Assembly (NCBI GenBank): GCA_017613085.1
Contig: JAGAEL010000154.1
Coordinates: forward strand, 1 to 44,881
Direction: 5' to 3'
Origin: Kiritimatiellia bacterium
GTDB lineage: Bacteria > Verrucomicrobiota > Kiritimatiellia > RFP12 > UBA1067
DNA: 44,881 nucleotides
The notes under the pieces were generated by a model, which did no database searches, had not been told where the DNA came from, and worked only from the letters and a program-made list of their open reading frames with translations. The position numbers and the translations under genes were made by a program. This document shows, piece after piece, positions 33,932 to 43,815 of this stretch. Every line of letters begins with the position of its first letter. Position 1 is the stretch's first letter.

Positions 33932-36900
33932 TGTTCAAACCGGTATCCAACAAAACCGATTTTCCCGCGATGGAGCGCGAGATCCTCGCGTTCTGGGAAG
34001 CAGACCAGACCTTCGAGAAGAGCCTGGCGAAGACGGCGGGTAAAGACGAATACGTGTTCTATGACGGGCCGCCCTTCGCGACGGGACTTCCGCACTACGG
34101 CCATCTGCTGGCGGGGACGATCAAGGACATCGTGCCGCGCTACCAGACGATGCGCGGGTTCCACGTCGAACGCCGTTTCGGGTGGGACTGCCACGGGCTT
34201 CCGATCGAGGCGCTGGCGCAGGATGCGCTGGGCGTGAGCGGCGCCCCCGCGATCAAGGCACTCGGCGTGGACGTGTTCAACGAGAAGTGCCGTTCGATGG
34301 TCTCGACCTACGTCAACGAATGGAAGAAGACCGTCACGCGCATGGGGCGCTGGGTCGATTTCGACCACGGCTACAAGACGATGGACCGGGACTTCATGGA
34401 ATCCATCTGGTGGGTCTTCAAGCAACTCTGGGAACAGGGGCGCGTCTACAAATCCTACCGCGTCGTACCGTATTCCCCGAAACTCAGTACGCCGCTGGCG
34501 AACTCCGAGGCGAGCAGCAACTACAAGGACGTGCAGGATCCGACGGTGACGGTGCGCGCGAAAGTGATTCCCGAATCGGTGACCATCGACCACCTCCGGG
34601 ATCTACCGGGCGCAACCTACCTCCTCATCTGGACGACGACGCCGTGGACGCTTCCCGAAAACCTGGCGATCTGCGCGGGGCCGGAAATCGAGTACGTGGT
34701 CGTGCGCGACAAGGGCGAGGGCGTTTGCTACGTACTCGCCGAGGCGCGGCTCTCCGCCGTCTACAAAAAAGAAGACCAGTACGAACTGGTGGCGAAGCTG
34801 AAGGGGACGGATCTGCTCGGCTGGAGGTACGAACCGATCTTCCCGTATTACGCCGATTTCGCGAAGGAGGGCTGTTTCCGCGTCCTGAACGACGGCTATG
34901 TCACCACAGGCGACGGCACGGGGCTGGTACACATCGCGCCCGCGTACGGCGAGGACGACTTCCGCGTCTGCAAATCCGCCGGTATCGAGGTCATCGCCGA
35001 TCCGCTCGACGTTTCCTGCGCCTTTACCGAGAAAATCCCGGAATACCAGGGACGTTTCTGCAAAGACTGCGACAAGGACATCATCCGCCGCCTGAAGGAG
35101 GAGGGCAAGCTTGTCCACCAGTCCACCATCGTCCACAGCTACCCGTTCTGCGAACGCACGGAAGCGCCGCTCATTTACCGCGCCATCAACGCCTGGTACG
35201 TGAAGGTGGAGGATATGCGCGACGCGATGGTCGCCAACAACGAGACCGTCCACTGGATGCCCGACTACGTCGGCACGCGCCGTTTCGCGAACTGGCTGAA
35301 GGATTCCTGCGACTGGAACATCTCGCGCAACCGTTTCTGGGGTTCCTGCATCCCCGTCTGGGTGGAGGAGAAAGACCCGACGGACACGACGCCGCCGGAT
35401 ATGCTCTGCATCGGATCCGTCGCCGAACTGGAGGCGCTTTCCGGCGAAAAGATCGATGACCTGCACAAGCATTTCGTGGACAAGGTGGTCATCCGGAAGG
35501 GCGGCAAGACCTACCGGCGCACGCCGGAAGTGCTGGACTGCTGGTTTGAGTCCGGCTCGATGCCCTACGCGCAAGACCACTACCCCTTCGAGCAGAAGCC
35601 CGGCGCGGACGGCACGATCCCGCCGCCGCGATGGGCGGATTTCATCGCCGAAGGCTTGGATCAGACACGCGGCTGGTTCTTCTCGCTGATGCGTCTCTCC
35701 ACCGCCCTGTTCGGCGTCTCCGCCTACAAGAATGTCGTCGTCAACGGCCTTGTCCTCGCGGAAGACGGCAAGAAGATGTCGAAGCACCTGCACAACTATC
35801 CGGATCCGACGAAGGTGATCGAGGGCTACGGCGCGGACGCGCTGCGCCTCTACATGATCTACTCGCCGGTGGTGCGCGCCGAAGACCTGCGTTTCTCCGA
35901 GGCGGGCGTGAAACAAGTGTTGCGCGACCTGCTCATCCCCTGGTGGAACGCCTACAGTTTCTTCGTCACGTACGCGAACGTCGACGGCTTCTACGAGGAA
36001 GAGGTGACGCGCCCGTCGGGCGACAACATTCTCGACCGCTGGATCGTCAGTTCGCTGGAGACGCTGGTACACGACGTCACCGAGGCGATGGACAATTACG
36101 ACCTCCAGCGCGCGGTCCGTCCGTTTGTCGCCTTCATCGAGGCGTTGACCAACTGGTACATCCGCCGCTCGCGCCGCCGTTTCTGGAAATCGCAGAACGA
36201 CGGCGACAAGACGGCCGCCTACCAGACCCTCCGCTACGTCCTGGTGCAGCTCAGCAAAGTCGCCGCGCCGTTCACGCCGTTCATCAGCGAATCCATCTAC
36301 CGGAACCTGCGCGGCGCGTCGGATCCGGAGTCCGTGCATCTCTGCGACTTCCCGACGGCGAACGCGACGGCGCGGGACGAAGCGCTGGAACGCCGCATGG
36401 CCCTGGTGCAACAGGTTGTCGGACTCGGCCGCCAGTTGCGCACGGAGAACGATTTGAAAGTCCGCCAGCCGCTTTCGGCCCTCCACCTCGTCTCTGCGAA
36501 ACTCGACCTCGCGGACGAACTGGGCGGCGCCTATGAAGAGCTGCTGCTGGACGAACTCAACATCAAGTCCGCGACCTACGGACGCGACGAGACGGAAATG
36601 GCGGAGATCGCCGTCAAGGCGGATTTCCGCAAGCTCGGCCCCCGGTTCGGCGCGAAGATGAAGCTCGTCGCCGCCGCGATCGCGAAGCTGGATACGGCGG
36701 GGATCGTCCCGTTGTTGAACGGCGGGACGGTGGCGTTGACGCTGTCCGACGGAAGCGAAGTCACGATCGGCGCGGAAGACGTCTCGATACGCCGCACGCC
36801 GAAAGCGGGTCTTGTGGTCGCCTCGGAGGGCGATGTCGTGATCGCGCTGGAGACGGCGCTCACGCCCGCGCTCGTCCAAGAGGGACTTGCCCGCGAATTC

Positions 36901-37125
36901 GTGAGCCGTATCCAGAACCTCCGCAAGGAGGCGGACTACGACGTCGTGCAGCAGATCCGCGTGACGGTGGACGGCGACGCGGAACTCCGTGCCGCCATCG
37001 AGGCGTATGCCGACTACTGCAAGGGCGAGACCCTTGCCGATGAAATCCGTTTCGAGCCGATTTCCGGCGCCGAGGCGGTCGTGTTGAACGGCCACGAAGC
37101 GAAACTCGCGGTCGAAAAGGTCTAA
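33931..37125 (+). CDS. ileS: Isoleucine--tRNA ligase, type 2 (eukaryote-like) form
   Basis: YVFYDGPPFATGLPHYGHLLAGTIKDIVPRY (HIGH region), RRFGWDCHGLPIE, and KMSKS motif KKMSKHL. It is 1064 aa and lacks the type-1 C-terminal zinc-finger pattern. The start overlaps the upstream stop (TAATG). Confidence 0.95.
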   Translation: MFKPVSNKTDFPAMEREILAFWEADQTFEKSLAKTAGKDEYVFYDGPPFATGLPHYGHLLAGTIKDIVPRYQTMRGFHVERRFGWDCHGLPIEALAQDALGVSGAPAIKALGVDVFNEKCRSMVSTYVNEWKKTVTRMGRWVDFDHGYKTMDRDFMESIWWVFKQLWEQGRVYKSYRVVPYSPKLSTPLANSEASSNYKDVQDPTVTVRAKVIPESVTIDHLRDLPGATYLLIWTTTPWTLPENLAICAGPEIEYVVVRDKGEGVCYVLAEARLSAVYKKEDQYELVAKLKGTDLLGWRYEPIFPYYADFAKEGCFRVLNDGYVTTGDGTGLVHIAPAYGEDDFRVCKSAGIEVIADPLDVSCAFTEKIPEYQGRFCKDCDKDIIRRLKEEGKLVHQSTIVHSYPFCERTEAPLIYRAINAWYVKVEDMRDAMVANNETVHWMPDYVGTRRFANWLKDSCDWNISRNRFWGSCIPVWVEEKDPTDTTPPDMLCIGSVAELEALSGEKIDDLHKHFVDKVVIRKGGKTYRRTPEVLDCWFESGSMPYAQDHYPFEQKPGADGTIPPPRWADFIAEGLDQTRGWFFSLMRLSTALFGVSAYKNVVVNGLVLAEDGKKMSKHLHNYPDPTKVIEGYGADALRLYMIYSPVVRAEDLRFSEAGVKQVLRDLLIPWWNAYSFFVTYANVDGFYEEEVTRPSGDNILDRWIVSSLETLVHDVTEAMDNYDLQRAVRPFVAFIEALTNWYIRRSRRRFWKSQNDGDKTAAYQTLRYVLVQLSKVAAPFTPFISESIYRNLRGASDPESVHLCDFPTANATARDEALERRMALVQQVVGLGRQLRTENDLKVRQPLSALHLVSAKLDLADELGGAYEELLLDELNIKSATYGRDETEMAEIAVKADFRKLGPRFGAKMKLVAAAIAKLDTAGIVPLLNGGTVALTLSDGSEVTIGAEDVSIRRTPKAGLVVASEGDVVIALETALTPALVQEGLAREFVSRIQNLRKEADYDVVQQIRVTVDGDAELRAAIEAYADYCKGETLADEIRFEPISGAEAVVLNGHEAKLAVEKV

Positions 37126-37166
37126 TTCCGGGCGTGAACGCCCGGTCGTTCAGTAAGGAGAGTAAG

Positions 37167-37646
37167 ATGAAAAAAGTGTTTGTTTCCCTGTGCGCGGTTT
37201 GTGTATTGGCGGTGGGTTGCGTCACGCTGGAAGGCGACAACGGCGGCGTGGACACGCGCCCCGTCGCGGCGGACGGCACCCGCCTGAACCGTATTCCCGG
37301 CACGGAATCGATTCCCATTCCGAACGGCCTCACCGACGTCCAGGTGCTGGACGCCGTAGAAAGCGCGATCAAAGGTACGGGCGCGGGCGACCGGAACATC
37401 TACTGGGTAAGCCAGTGGCGGGTGGAAAACCGCGACCCCGCGAACAAATGGGTTCAGGTCGTGCTGACCGCCCGCGCGCACATTCTGCACGTCTGCTACC
37501 GCATCGAGAACGGCGCCCTCATCCCGGACGTCCCCTCGTCCTCGAACCTCAAGCAGAACGGGACGCGGATTCATCGCAAAGTTCCCCAGTGGATCAATCA
37601 GTTGAACGTCCTGATTTCCAGCAGACTGTACGAACTGAAAAAGTAA
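37167..37646 (+). CDS. Hypothetical lipoprotein (159 aa)
   Basis: An AAGGAG RBS precedes the ATG at 37167. Lipobox MKKVFVSLCAVCVLAVGC. No family recognised. Confidence 0.65.
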   Translation: MKKVFVSLCAVCVLAVGCVTLEGDNGGVDTRPVAADGTRLNRIPGTESIPIPNGLTDVQVLDAVESAIKGTGAGDRNIYWVSQWRVENRDPANKWVQVVLTARAHILHVCYRIENGALIPDVPSSSNLKQNGTRIHRKVPQWINQLNVLISSRLYELKK

Positions 37647-37718
37647 AGTTTTACGAAATTGCGCCCCTCCCTTTTCTGGGAAACACACGGATTTAGGGTT
37701 CATTTCCAGCTCTGTTTT

Positions 37719-38035
37719 TTGCCTCACGCAGAGGAACGAACAGGAGGGTCGCGCCCCGTCGCGACCGAGTGGCGGATGTCGGATGTCGGGTGTCGTGCGG
37801 GAGGGCGCGTGTCCTCACGCGCCGCATCGGAATGGACGCGACAACCTCCGTCTATTGCCTCACGCAGAGGCGCAGAGAGGCAGAGGACGCAGAGCGTGTA
37901 ACGCCCTTACACGTTCTACACGCCCTACACGCTCTACCCGGCTAATCCTTTCGTTCGGGGAGGGTCGGGCTTCGTCCCGTCCGTGTCTTTCAAAAGTTGT
38001 CCCTTGTTGTCCGTGTTGTCTTCTTTTTCAAAACC
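37719..38035. repeat. Repeat-rich non-coding tract containing YCTCACGC-core direct repeats, three different short tandem repeats and two GC hairpins
   Basis: A 16-nt perfect direct repeat ttgcctcacgcagagg occurs at 37719-37734 and 37855-37870. Tandem repeats: a 7-mer (GGATGTC) x3 at 37774-37794, an 8-mer (CGCAGAGG-like) x4 at 37863-37894, and a 9-mer (CTACACGCY) x3.5 at 37906-37939. Hairpins: GGTCGCG/CGCGACC at 37747-37766 and GGCGCGTG/CACGCGCC at 37804-37823. TGTCC-rich segment at 37967-38030. Confidence 0.85.
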
Positions 38036-38162
38036 GGCATACAACCTTCGACAACCGCCCCGCCCGCTCGTCGCGGCGGCCGGCGTCCCGTTTCGGCAGC
38101 CCTGCGACTTCGCTCGTTTCCTTTTCCCGACTTCGTTGCTTGCTGGAGGATTCAGAGAATCA

Positions 38163-38966
38163 TTACAGTCCTGCGGAACAACAGAGGCGGAAGCCGTAGT
38201 AGTAGTAGTAGTAGTAGTTGCTGTACGACGGGAAGTAGTCGCCGCGGGACGCGGAACGGCAGTACCGAGCGCAGTTGCCCCAACCACCGCCGCGTAGCAC
38301 ACGGCCAGAACCCGAGGAAGGACCTGTCGGATCGGTCACGCTTCCCGACGGATAGTCACCGTACCAGTCCGCGCACCACTCCCACACGTTCCCGTGCATA
38401 TCGTACAACCCCCAGTCGTTCGGCGCCTTCAGTTTCACGGGATGAGTCCGATCACCGCTATTCTCGTCATACCACCCCATCTCGTCCAGGTTTCCCGTCC
38501 CGCCGTATGCCCCCGTCGTCCCCGCACGGCAGGCATATTCCCACTCCGCCTCCGTCGGGAGGCGTAGCCGTACCCCCGAAAGTTGGGCGTTCACCTTCTC
38601 GATGAACGACTGGCTATCATCCCAGGAAACCTGTTCCACGGGGAGGTCTGCTCCTTTGAAATAGGAGGGATTGTTCCCCATCACGCTCTCCCACTGCCCC
38701 TGCGTTACCGGGGTTTCCGCCAGCCAGAACCCCTTCGTCAGCGTCACGCCGTGCTGCCGTTCGTCGTCCTCCTCGCTTTCGGGGTTGCCCATCGTGAACG
38801 TCCCCGCCGGACACCAGCGGAACCGCATCTCCTCCCCGCCGGGCAGGGGGATAGTCTTGACAGCCCCTGCCTTTGTCGCGGTCTGCCGCGATGCCGCCGG
38901 GCTTTCACTACCCGGAACCCCGTTTCGTTCGCCCCGCATCGATTCCAGCCTCGATAAGTCTTCCAT
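38163..38966 (-). CDS. Formylglycine-generating-enzyme (SUMF1/FGE-sulfatase, C-type-lectin fold) family protein
   Basis: Family blocks LPTEAEWEYACRAG, PNDWGLYDMHGNVWEWCADWY, RVLRGGGW and GFRL. The start is trimmed to MEDLSRLE (ATG at 38966) after a GAGGTGG RBS. The 391-aa track ORF extends through the divergent promoter region. Confidence 0.85.
   Translation of the reverse strand: MEDLSRLESMRGERNGVPGSESPAASRQTATKAGAVKTIPLPGGEEMRFRWCPAGTFTMGNPESEEDDERQHGVTLTKGFWLAETPVTQGQWESVMGNNPSYFKGADLPVEQVSWDDSQSFIEKVNAQLSGVRLRLPTEAEWEYACRAGTTGAYGGTGNLDEMGWYDENSGDRTHPVKLKAPNDWGLYDMHGNVWEWCADWYGDYPSGSVTDPTGPSSGSGRVLRGGGWGNCARYCRSASRGDYFPSYSNYYYYYYYGFRLCCSAGL
38196..38216 (-). repeat. (TAC)7 trinucleotide microsatellite encoding Tyr7 inside the FGE-family gene
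   Basis: The plus strand reads gta x7 at 38196-38216. In frame on the minus strand this gives SN-YYYYYYY-GFRL. Confidence 0.95.
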
Positions 38967-39158
38967 ACCACCTCGCCCTTCGGGCAACGGCGACGCTGCC
39001 CTGATCCACGTAAAATCCGCCGTTACCTTACCACAAACGGGGGCGGATGGGAAACAAAAATAGAAAGCAAGGGGAATTGTGGGCGCATCCGCGAATCGAC
39101 AAGCGGTCTTTTGTCTCACGCGGAGGCGCGGAGGAAAGAGTTTGTTTCGTTTATCAGC

Positions 39159-39187
39159 TTGGCGAAAGGTCTTTCGCGTGGTAAAAT
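39159..39187 (+). promoter_or_regulatory. Sigma70-like promoter for purL
   Basis: TTGGCG (39159-39164), a 17-nt spacer, then TAAAAT (39182-39187), preceded by TGG (an extended -10-like TGn). Confidence 0.5.
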
Positions 39188-39225
39188 AGACCGGTTTTTC
39201 AACCTGATTGGATAGGGTTTGCACG

Positions 39226-42200
39226 ATGGACACGAAATCCGTTCTTTTCCTCGCCGGTGTTCCGGCGTTTTCCAAGTTCCGTTTGGATGCGTTGTCGGCG
39301 CGTCTCGCCGAAAAACTTCCCGCGTTCAGCGGGTTCACCGTCGCAGCGGTCTACCTCTACCTCCTGCACGTCAACCCGGACGAAACGCCCGACCAGGGAG
39401 AACTGGAGAAGGCGGCCGCGCTTCTGGGCGCCTCGTTCGCCCCCGTGGGCAAGGGCGGCTTTTTCGTGACGCCGCGCAAAGGGACGATTTCGCCCTGGTC
39501 GTCCAAGGCGACCGACATCTTCCGTAACTGCGGCCTTTCACACATCCTGCGCGTCGAACGCGGCATCCACTTCCGGATCAAGGCGCTCGATCACGGGACG
39601 CGCCGCGAGTTGACGGTCGAAGAACTCCTGCCCGCGTTCGCCGCCCTGCACGACCGGATGACCGAGGGCGTCTACACGGAGCTTGCCGATTTCTTCGACC
39701 AGCGTCCGCCGCAACCCGGCCGCGTCTTCGACGTGCTGGGACGCGGCATCGAAGCCCTCCGCGAGGCGAACGTCTCCATGGGACTCGCCCTCAGCCCGGA
39801 GGAGATCGACTACCTCTTCCGCAGCTACACTGCGGCCGGACGCAACCCGACGGACACGGAGCTGGTGATGTTCGGGCAGGTCAACTCCGAACACTGCCGC
39901 CACAAAATCTTCAACGCCGAATGGGTGATCGACGGCGTTCCCCGCGAGAACTCCCTTTTCGGCATGATCAAGAACACCCACAAGCTCCACCCCGAAGGCA
40001 CGCTGGTCGCCTACAAGGACAATTCCGGCGTGGTCGAAGGGTTCGACGCCGAACGCTTTTTTGTGGACGGGAAGACCCATGCGTACCGGTTCGAGCCGGA
40101 CCGCATCGACATGCTGATGAAGGTCGAGACGCACAACCACCCGACCGCCATCTCGCCCTTCCCCGGCGCGGCGACCGGCGTCGGCGGCGAGATCCGTGAC
40201 GAGTCCGCCACGGGCACCGGCTCGAAAACCAAGGCGGGAATCTGCGGGTTCATGGTCTCCAACCTGAACATTCCGGGATTCGCGATGCCGTGGGAAAAAG
40301 AGTTCGCCGAATTTCCCCGCCGGCTCGCCACCCCGCTCGCCATTATGACCGAAGGACCGATCGGGGGCGCGGCGTTCGGAAACGAATTCGGGCGTCCCCA
40401 GCTGAACGGCTTCTTCCGCACCTATCAGGAGACGGTGAACGGGCGCGAACGCGGCTACCACAAGCCCATCATGCTCGCCGGCGGCATGGGCAACATCCGC
40501 CACGGGCTCGTCTATAAAAAAGAAGTCCCCCCCGGCGCGCTGATCGTGCAGATCGGCGGCCCCGCGCTACGGATCGGCCTCGGCGGCGGATCCGCCAGTT
40601 CCCTCGTCATCGGGACGAACGACGAAGAGCTTGACTTCAACTCCGTCCAGCGCGGCAACGCCGAGATGGAACGCCGCTGCCAGGAAGTGATCGACGCCTG
40701 TGTCGCGATGGGCGGCGACAACCCCATTCTCAGCATCCACGACATCGGCGCGGGGGGCCTCTCCAACGGTTGCCCCGAACTGGTCGAAAAGACCGGCGCC
40801 TCCTTCGAACTCCGCGAAGTCCACAACGAAGAGCCTTCGATGAACCCGATGGAAATCTGGTGTTGCGAGGCGCAGGAACGCTATGTCCTCGCCATCCAGC
40901 CGGAGTGCGAGGCGATGTTCCGCGCCCTCTGCGAGCGCGAACGCTGCCCCGTAGCGTTTATCGGGAAGGCGCGCGACGACGGACGGCTTGTACTCACCGA
41001 CCGCCACTTCGGCGACAAGCCGATCGACATGGACATCCACGTCCTGCTCGGCAAGCCCCCCCGGATGTTGCGCGATGTCGCGTCGAGCCCCGTGCGTCCC
41101 GCGCCGCTCGTCCTCCCCGAAAAGGTCGATTTGAGGGCCGAGGTTGACAACGTGCTGCGACTCCCCTCCGTCGCCAACAAGACCTTCCTGATTTCCATCA
41201 CCGACCGGAGCGTCACCGGCATGGTACACCGTGACCAGATGGTCGGGCGTTACCAGCTCCCCGTCGCCGATAATGCCGTCACCGTCACCGACTACATCCA
41301 TTACACGGGCGAGGCGATGTCCACCGGCGAACGTCCGGTCGTCGCCTTGATCGACGGTCCCGTCTCCGCCCGTATCGCAGTCACCGAGGCGATCCTGAAC
41401 CTCGCCTCCGCCGACATCGGCGCAATCGGCAACATCAAGCTTTCCGCGAACTGGATGGCCGCCGCCGGCGAACCCGGCGAGGACGCGAGGCTCTACGAGA
41501 CCGTCCAGGCGCTCGGGCTTTCCTTCTGCCCGGAGGCCGGCGTCTCAATCCCCGTCGGGAAAGATTCCTGCTCGATGCGCACAGTCTGGAAGGACAGCGG
41601 CGGGACCGACCGCAAACAGGTCGCCCCGCTCAGCCTCGTCATCAGCGCGTTCTCGCCGGTGCGCGATGTCCGCAAGACGGTAACACCCGATTTCAAGCCC
41701 GGCGCGAGCCGGTTGTTGCTGGTGACGCTCGATCCGCGCACCCCCGCCGTCGCCGCACTCGGCGCCGGCGCCTGGGCGCAGACACGGAACCAGGTGGGCG
41801 ATGTTTCGGCGGATGTCGATCCGAAACGCCTGCGCGCCCTGTTCGAGGCCGTCCAGGAACTCGTGGACAAGCAGTTACTGCTCGCCTACCACGATGTCTC
41901 GGACGGCGGCGTGATGGTCACGCTTACCGAAATGGCGATGGCCGGCGGACGCGGTTTCGATGTTCTCCTCCCCGGCGAAGCGGAATACGCGGCGGACGAA
42001 CTCGCCGCGCTCTTCGGCGAAGCCCCCGCCGTCGTGCTGCAGGTCGCCGACAAAAACCTTGCCGCCGTGACCGAGGTGCTGGCCGCGCACGGATTTGACG
42101 ACGAGCCCGACTGCCGCGACATCGGCGCTCCGACGGACGGGCGCGTCGCGCGCATCCGGATGTTTGACACCGCCGAATCGGAACGCTGCGTACTGGAAGC

Positions 42201-43149
42201 TTCCCTTTCCGAACTCCGTTCCCGCTGGTCGGAACTCACCTACCGGATGCAGGCGCTCCGCGACAACCCCGTCTGCGCGAAACAGGAATTCGAAATCGCG
42301 CAAGACGAGACCGATCCCGGCATGACCTTCCACATCGGATACGATCCGGAGTGGAAACCGGAGACCAAGGGCGAGAAGCCGCGCATCGCCATCCTGCGCG
42401 AACAGGGCGTAAACGGGCAAGTCGAAATGGCCGCCGCGTTCACGCTCGCCGGATTCGACGCGGTGGACGTCCACATGACCGACCTGCAGACCGGGCGCGC
42501 GGACCTCGCCTCGTTCAACGGCTTGGTGGCGTGCGGCGGTTTCTCCTACGGCGACGTGCTGGGCGCGGGGTCGGGCTGGGCGCGGAGCATCCTCTACAAC
42601 GACGAGCTCATGGAGGCGTTCCGCGTCTTCTTTGCGCGTCCCGACACGTTCACGCTGGGCGTGTGCAACGGATGCCAGATGGTCGCCCAGTTGAAAGACA
42701 TCATTCCCGGCGCCGCCCACTGGCCGCTGTTCGGCCGCAACATTTGCGAGCAGTTCGAGGCGCGTTACGTGACGCTGGAGGTGATGGACTCGCCCTCCAT
42801 TCTGTTGAAAGGGATGGCGGGATCGCGTATCCCCATCGTGACCGCGCACGGGGAAGGGCTCGCCGTCTTTGCCAACGAGGCGGACCGTGAAGCCTGCCGC
42901 GCCGCCCTCCGTTATGTCGATGGGAAGGGGAACCCGACCGAGCGTTACCCCTGGAATCCGAACGGGTCGAAGGGCGGGTTCACCGGATTCACGAGCGACG
43001 ACGGTCGTGCGACGATTATGATGCCGCACCCGGAACGGAACTTCCGCAGCGTCCAGCTCTCCTACCGTCCCGACGATGCCTTCACGGGCGAGGCCGGCCC
43101 CTGGATGCGTATGTTCCGCAACGCCTACGCCTTCGCGACAGGGCAGTAG
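39226..43149 (+). CDS. purL: Phosphoribosylformylglycinamidine synthase, single-chain (large) form
   Basis: About 1300 aa with a PurS-like N-terminus and the FGAM synthetase core ([26 protein letters not shown]). The C-terminal glutamine amidotransferase has a GVCNGCQ nucleophile and an HPER block. The start is taken at the ATG at 39226 (MDTKSVLFL) rather than the TTG at 39208. Confidence 0.93.
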   Translation: MDTKSVLFLAGVPAFSKFRLDALSARLAEKLPAFSGFTVAAVYLYLLHVNPDETPDQGELEKAAALLGASFAPVGKGGFFVTPRKGTISPWSSKATDIFRNCGLSHILRVERGIHFRIKALDHGTRRELTVEELLPAFAALHDRMTEGVYTELADFFDQRPPQPGRVFDVLGRGIEALREANVSMGLALSPEEIDYLFRSYTAAGRNPTDTELVMFGQVNSEHCRHKIFNAEWVIDGVPRENSLFGMIKNTHKLHPEGTLVAYKDNSGVVEGFDAERFFVDGKTHAYRFEPDRIDMLMKVETHNHPTAISPFPGAATGVGGEIRDESATGTGSKTKAGICGFMVSNLNIPGFAMPWEKEFAEFPRRLATPLAIMTEGPIGGAAFGNEFGRPQLNGFFRTYQETVNGRERGYHKPIMLAGGMGNIRHGLVYKKEVPPGALIVQIGGPALRIGLGGGSASSLVIGTNDEELDFNSVQRGNAEMERRCQEVIDACVAMGGDNPILSIHDIGAGGLSNGCPELVEKTGASFELREVHNEEPSMNPMEIWCCEAQERYVLAIQPECEAMFRALCERERCPVAFIGKARDDGRLVLTDRHFGDKPIDMDIHVLLGKPPRMLRDVASSPVRPAPLVLPEKVDLRAEVDNVLRLPSVANKTFLISITDRSVTGMVHRDQMVGRYQLPVADNAVTVTDYIHYTGEAMSTGERPVVALIDGPVSARIAVTEAILNLASADIGAIGNIKLSANWMAAAGEPGEDARLYETVQALGLSFCPEAGVSIPVGKDSCSMRTVWKDSGGTDRKQVAPLSLVISAFSPVRDVRKTVTPDFKPGASRLLLVTLDPRTPAVAALGAGAWAQTRNQVGDVSADVDPKRLRALFEAVQELVDKQLLLAYHDVSDGGVMVTLTEMAMAGGRGFDVLLPGEAEYAADELAALFGEAPAVVLQVADKNLAAVTEVLAAHGFDDEPDCRDIGAPTDGRVARIRMFDTAESERCVLEASLSELRSRWSELTYRMQALRDNPVCAKQEFEIAQDETDPGMTFHIGYDPEWKPETKGEKPRIAILREQGVNGQVEMAAAFTLAGFDAVDVHMTDLQTGRADLASFNGLVACGGFSYGDVLGAGSGWARSILYNDELMEAFRVFFARPDTFTLGVCNGCQMVAQLKDIIPGAAHWPLFGRNICEQFEARYVTLEVMDSPSILLKGMAGSRIPIVTAHGEGLAVFANEADREACRAALRYVDGKGNPTERYPWNPNGSKGGFTGFTSDDGRATIMMPHPERNFRSVQLSYRPDDAFTGEAGPWMRMFRNAYAFATGQ

Positions 43150-43158
43150 AGGAGGCGC

Positions 43159-43815
43159 ATGAAACCGAGTGACATACCGGCGGTGAACCGCCTGTTGAAA
43201 AAAGAGTTCGCCAGACAGCACGCGCCGATCATCGAGCTGGTGGCGGCGCAAACCCGCGACCCTTTTCATGTGCTGGTCGGGACGATCCTCAGCGCGCGGA
43301 CGAAGGACGCCTGCACGGCTGGCGCCGTCCGCCGGCTTTTCGCCGAGATTTCCTCGCCGGACGACCTTCGGGAAATTCCGCTGGAACGGCTGGAGAAGCT
43401 GATCTTCCCCGTCGGATTCTACCATGAAAAAGCGCGGCATCTGAAAGCGCTCCCCGATGTCCTCCAGTCCAAATTCGGAGGCGTCCTGCCCGACACGGTC
43501 GAGGCGCTGTGCGAACTTCCCGGCGTCGGGCGGAAAACCGCGAACCTCGTCGTCGCGCTCGGTTTCGACAAACCCGCCATCTGCGTAGATGTCCACGTCC
43601 ACCGCATCTCCAACCGGCTTGGCCTGCTTCAGACCAAGACCCCGTTTGAGACGGAAATGGCGTTGCGGCAAATCCTTCCCGTCCGGTACTGGAAAACCTG
43701 GAACTCGTATCTCGTTTCTTTCGGGCAGACGCGGTGCGCCCCCCGGAACCCGCGTTGTGACGACTGCCCGATCCGCGCCTTCTGCAATGAATGTAACGCT
43801 ACACGATCTCGTTAA
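43159..43815 (+). CDS. nth: Endonuclease III (DNA glycosylase / AP lyase)
   Basis: HhH-GPD motif LPGVGRKTANLVV and a C-terminal 4Fe-4S loop of form CX6CX2CX5C (CAPRNPRCDDCPIRAFC). Confidence 0.92.
   Translation: MKPSDIPAVNRLLKKEFARQHAPIIELVAAQTRDPFHVLVGTILSARTKDACTAGAVRRLFAEISSPDDLREIPLERLEKLIFPVGFYHEKARHLKALPDVLQSKFGGVLPDTVEALCELPGVGRKTANLVVALGFDKPAICVDVHVHRISNRLGLLQTKTPFETEMALRQILPVRYWKTWNSYLVSFGQTRCAPRNPRCDDCPIRAFCNECNATRSR

Noticed and set aside
37647-38162. Search for a DGR template repeat or an IMH-like element downstream of the FGE-gene VR-like segment
   Set aside because: No stretch in the window resembles 38166-38300 with A-for-N substitutions. The AAC-containing words at about 38000-38030 (minus strand GACAACACGGACAACAAGGGACAAC) do not align with the VR-like sequence. 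The two GC hairpins lie 340-400 nt from the gene end rather than adjacent to it. No reverse transcriptase ORF is present.
37659-38605. Track ORFs inside and across the repeat tract (37659-37901, 37783-38199, 37934-38302, 37983-38297, 37997-38605)
   Set aside because: Their products are low-complexity (runs of T, V, S, R) and are generated by the tandem repeats and by the antisense of the FGE gene. None has an RBS or a recognisable motif.
39060-39225. Possible purine or ZTP-type riboswitch upstream of purL
   Set aside because: With the predicted promoter at 39159-39187, the leader is only about 30 nt long. I saw no conserved riboswitch core sequences.
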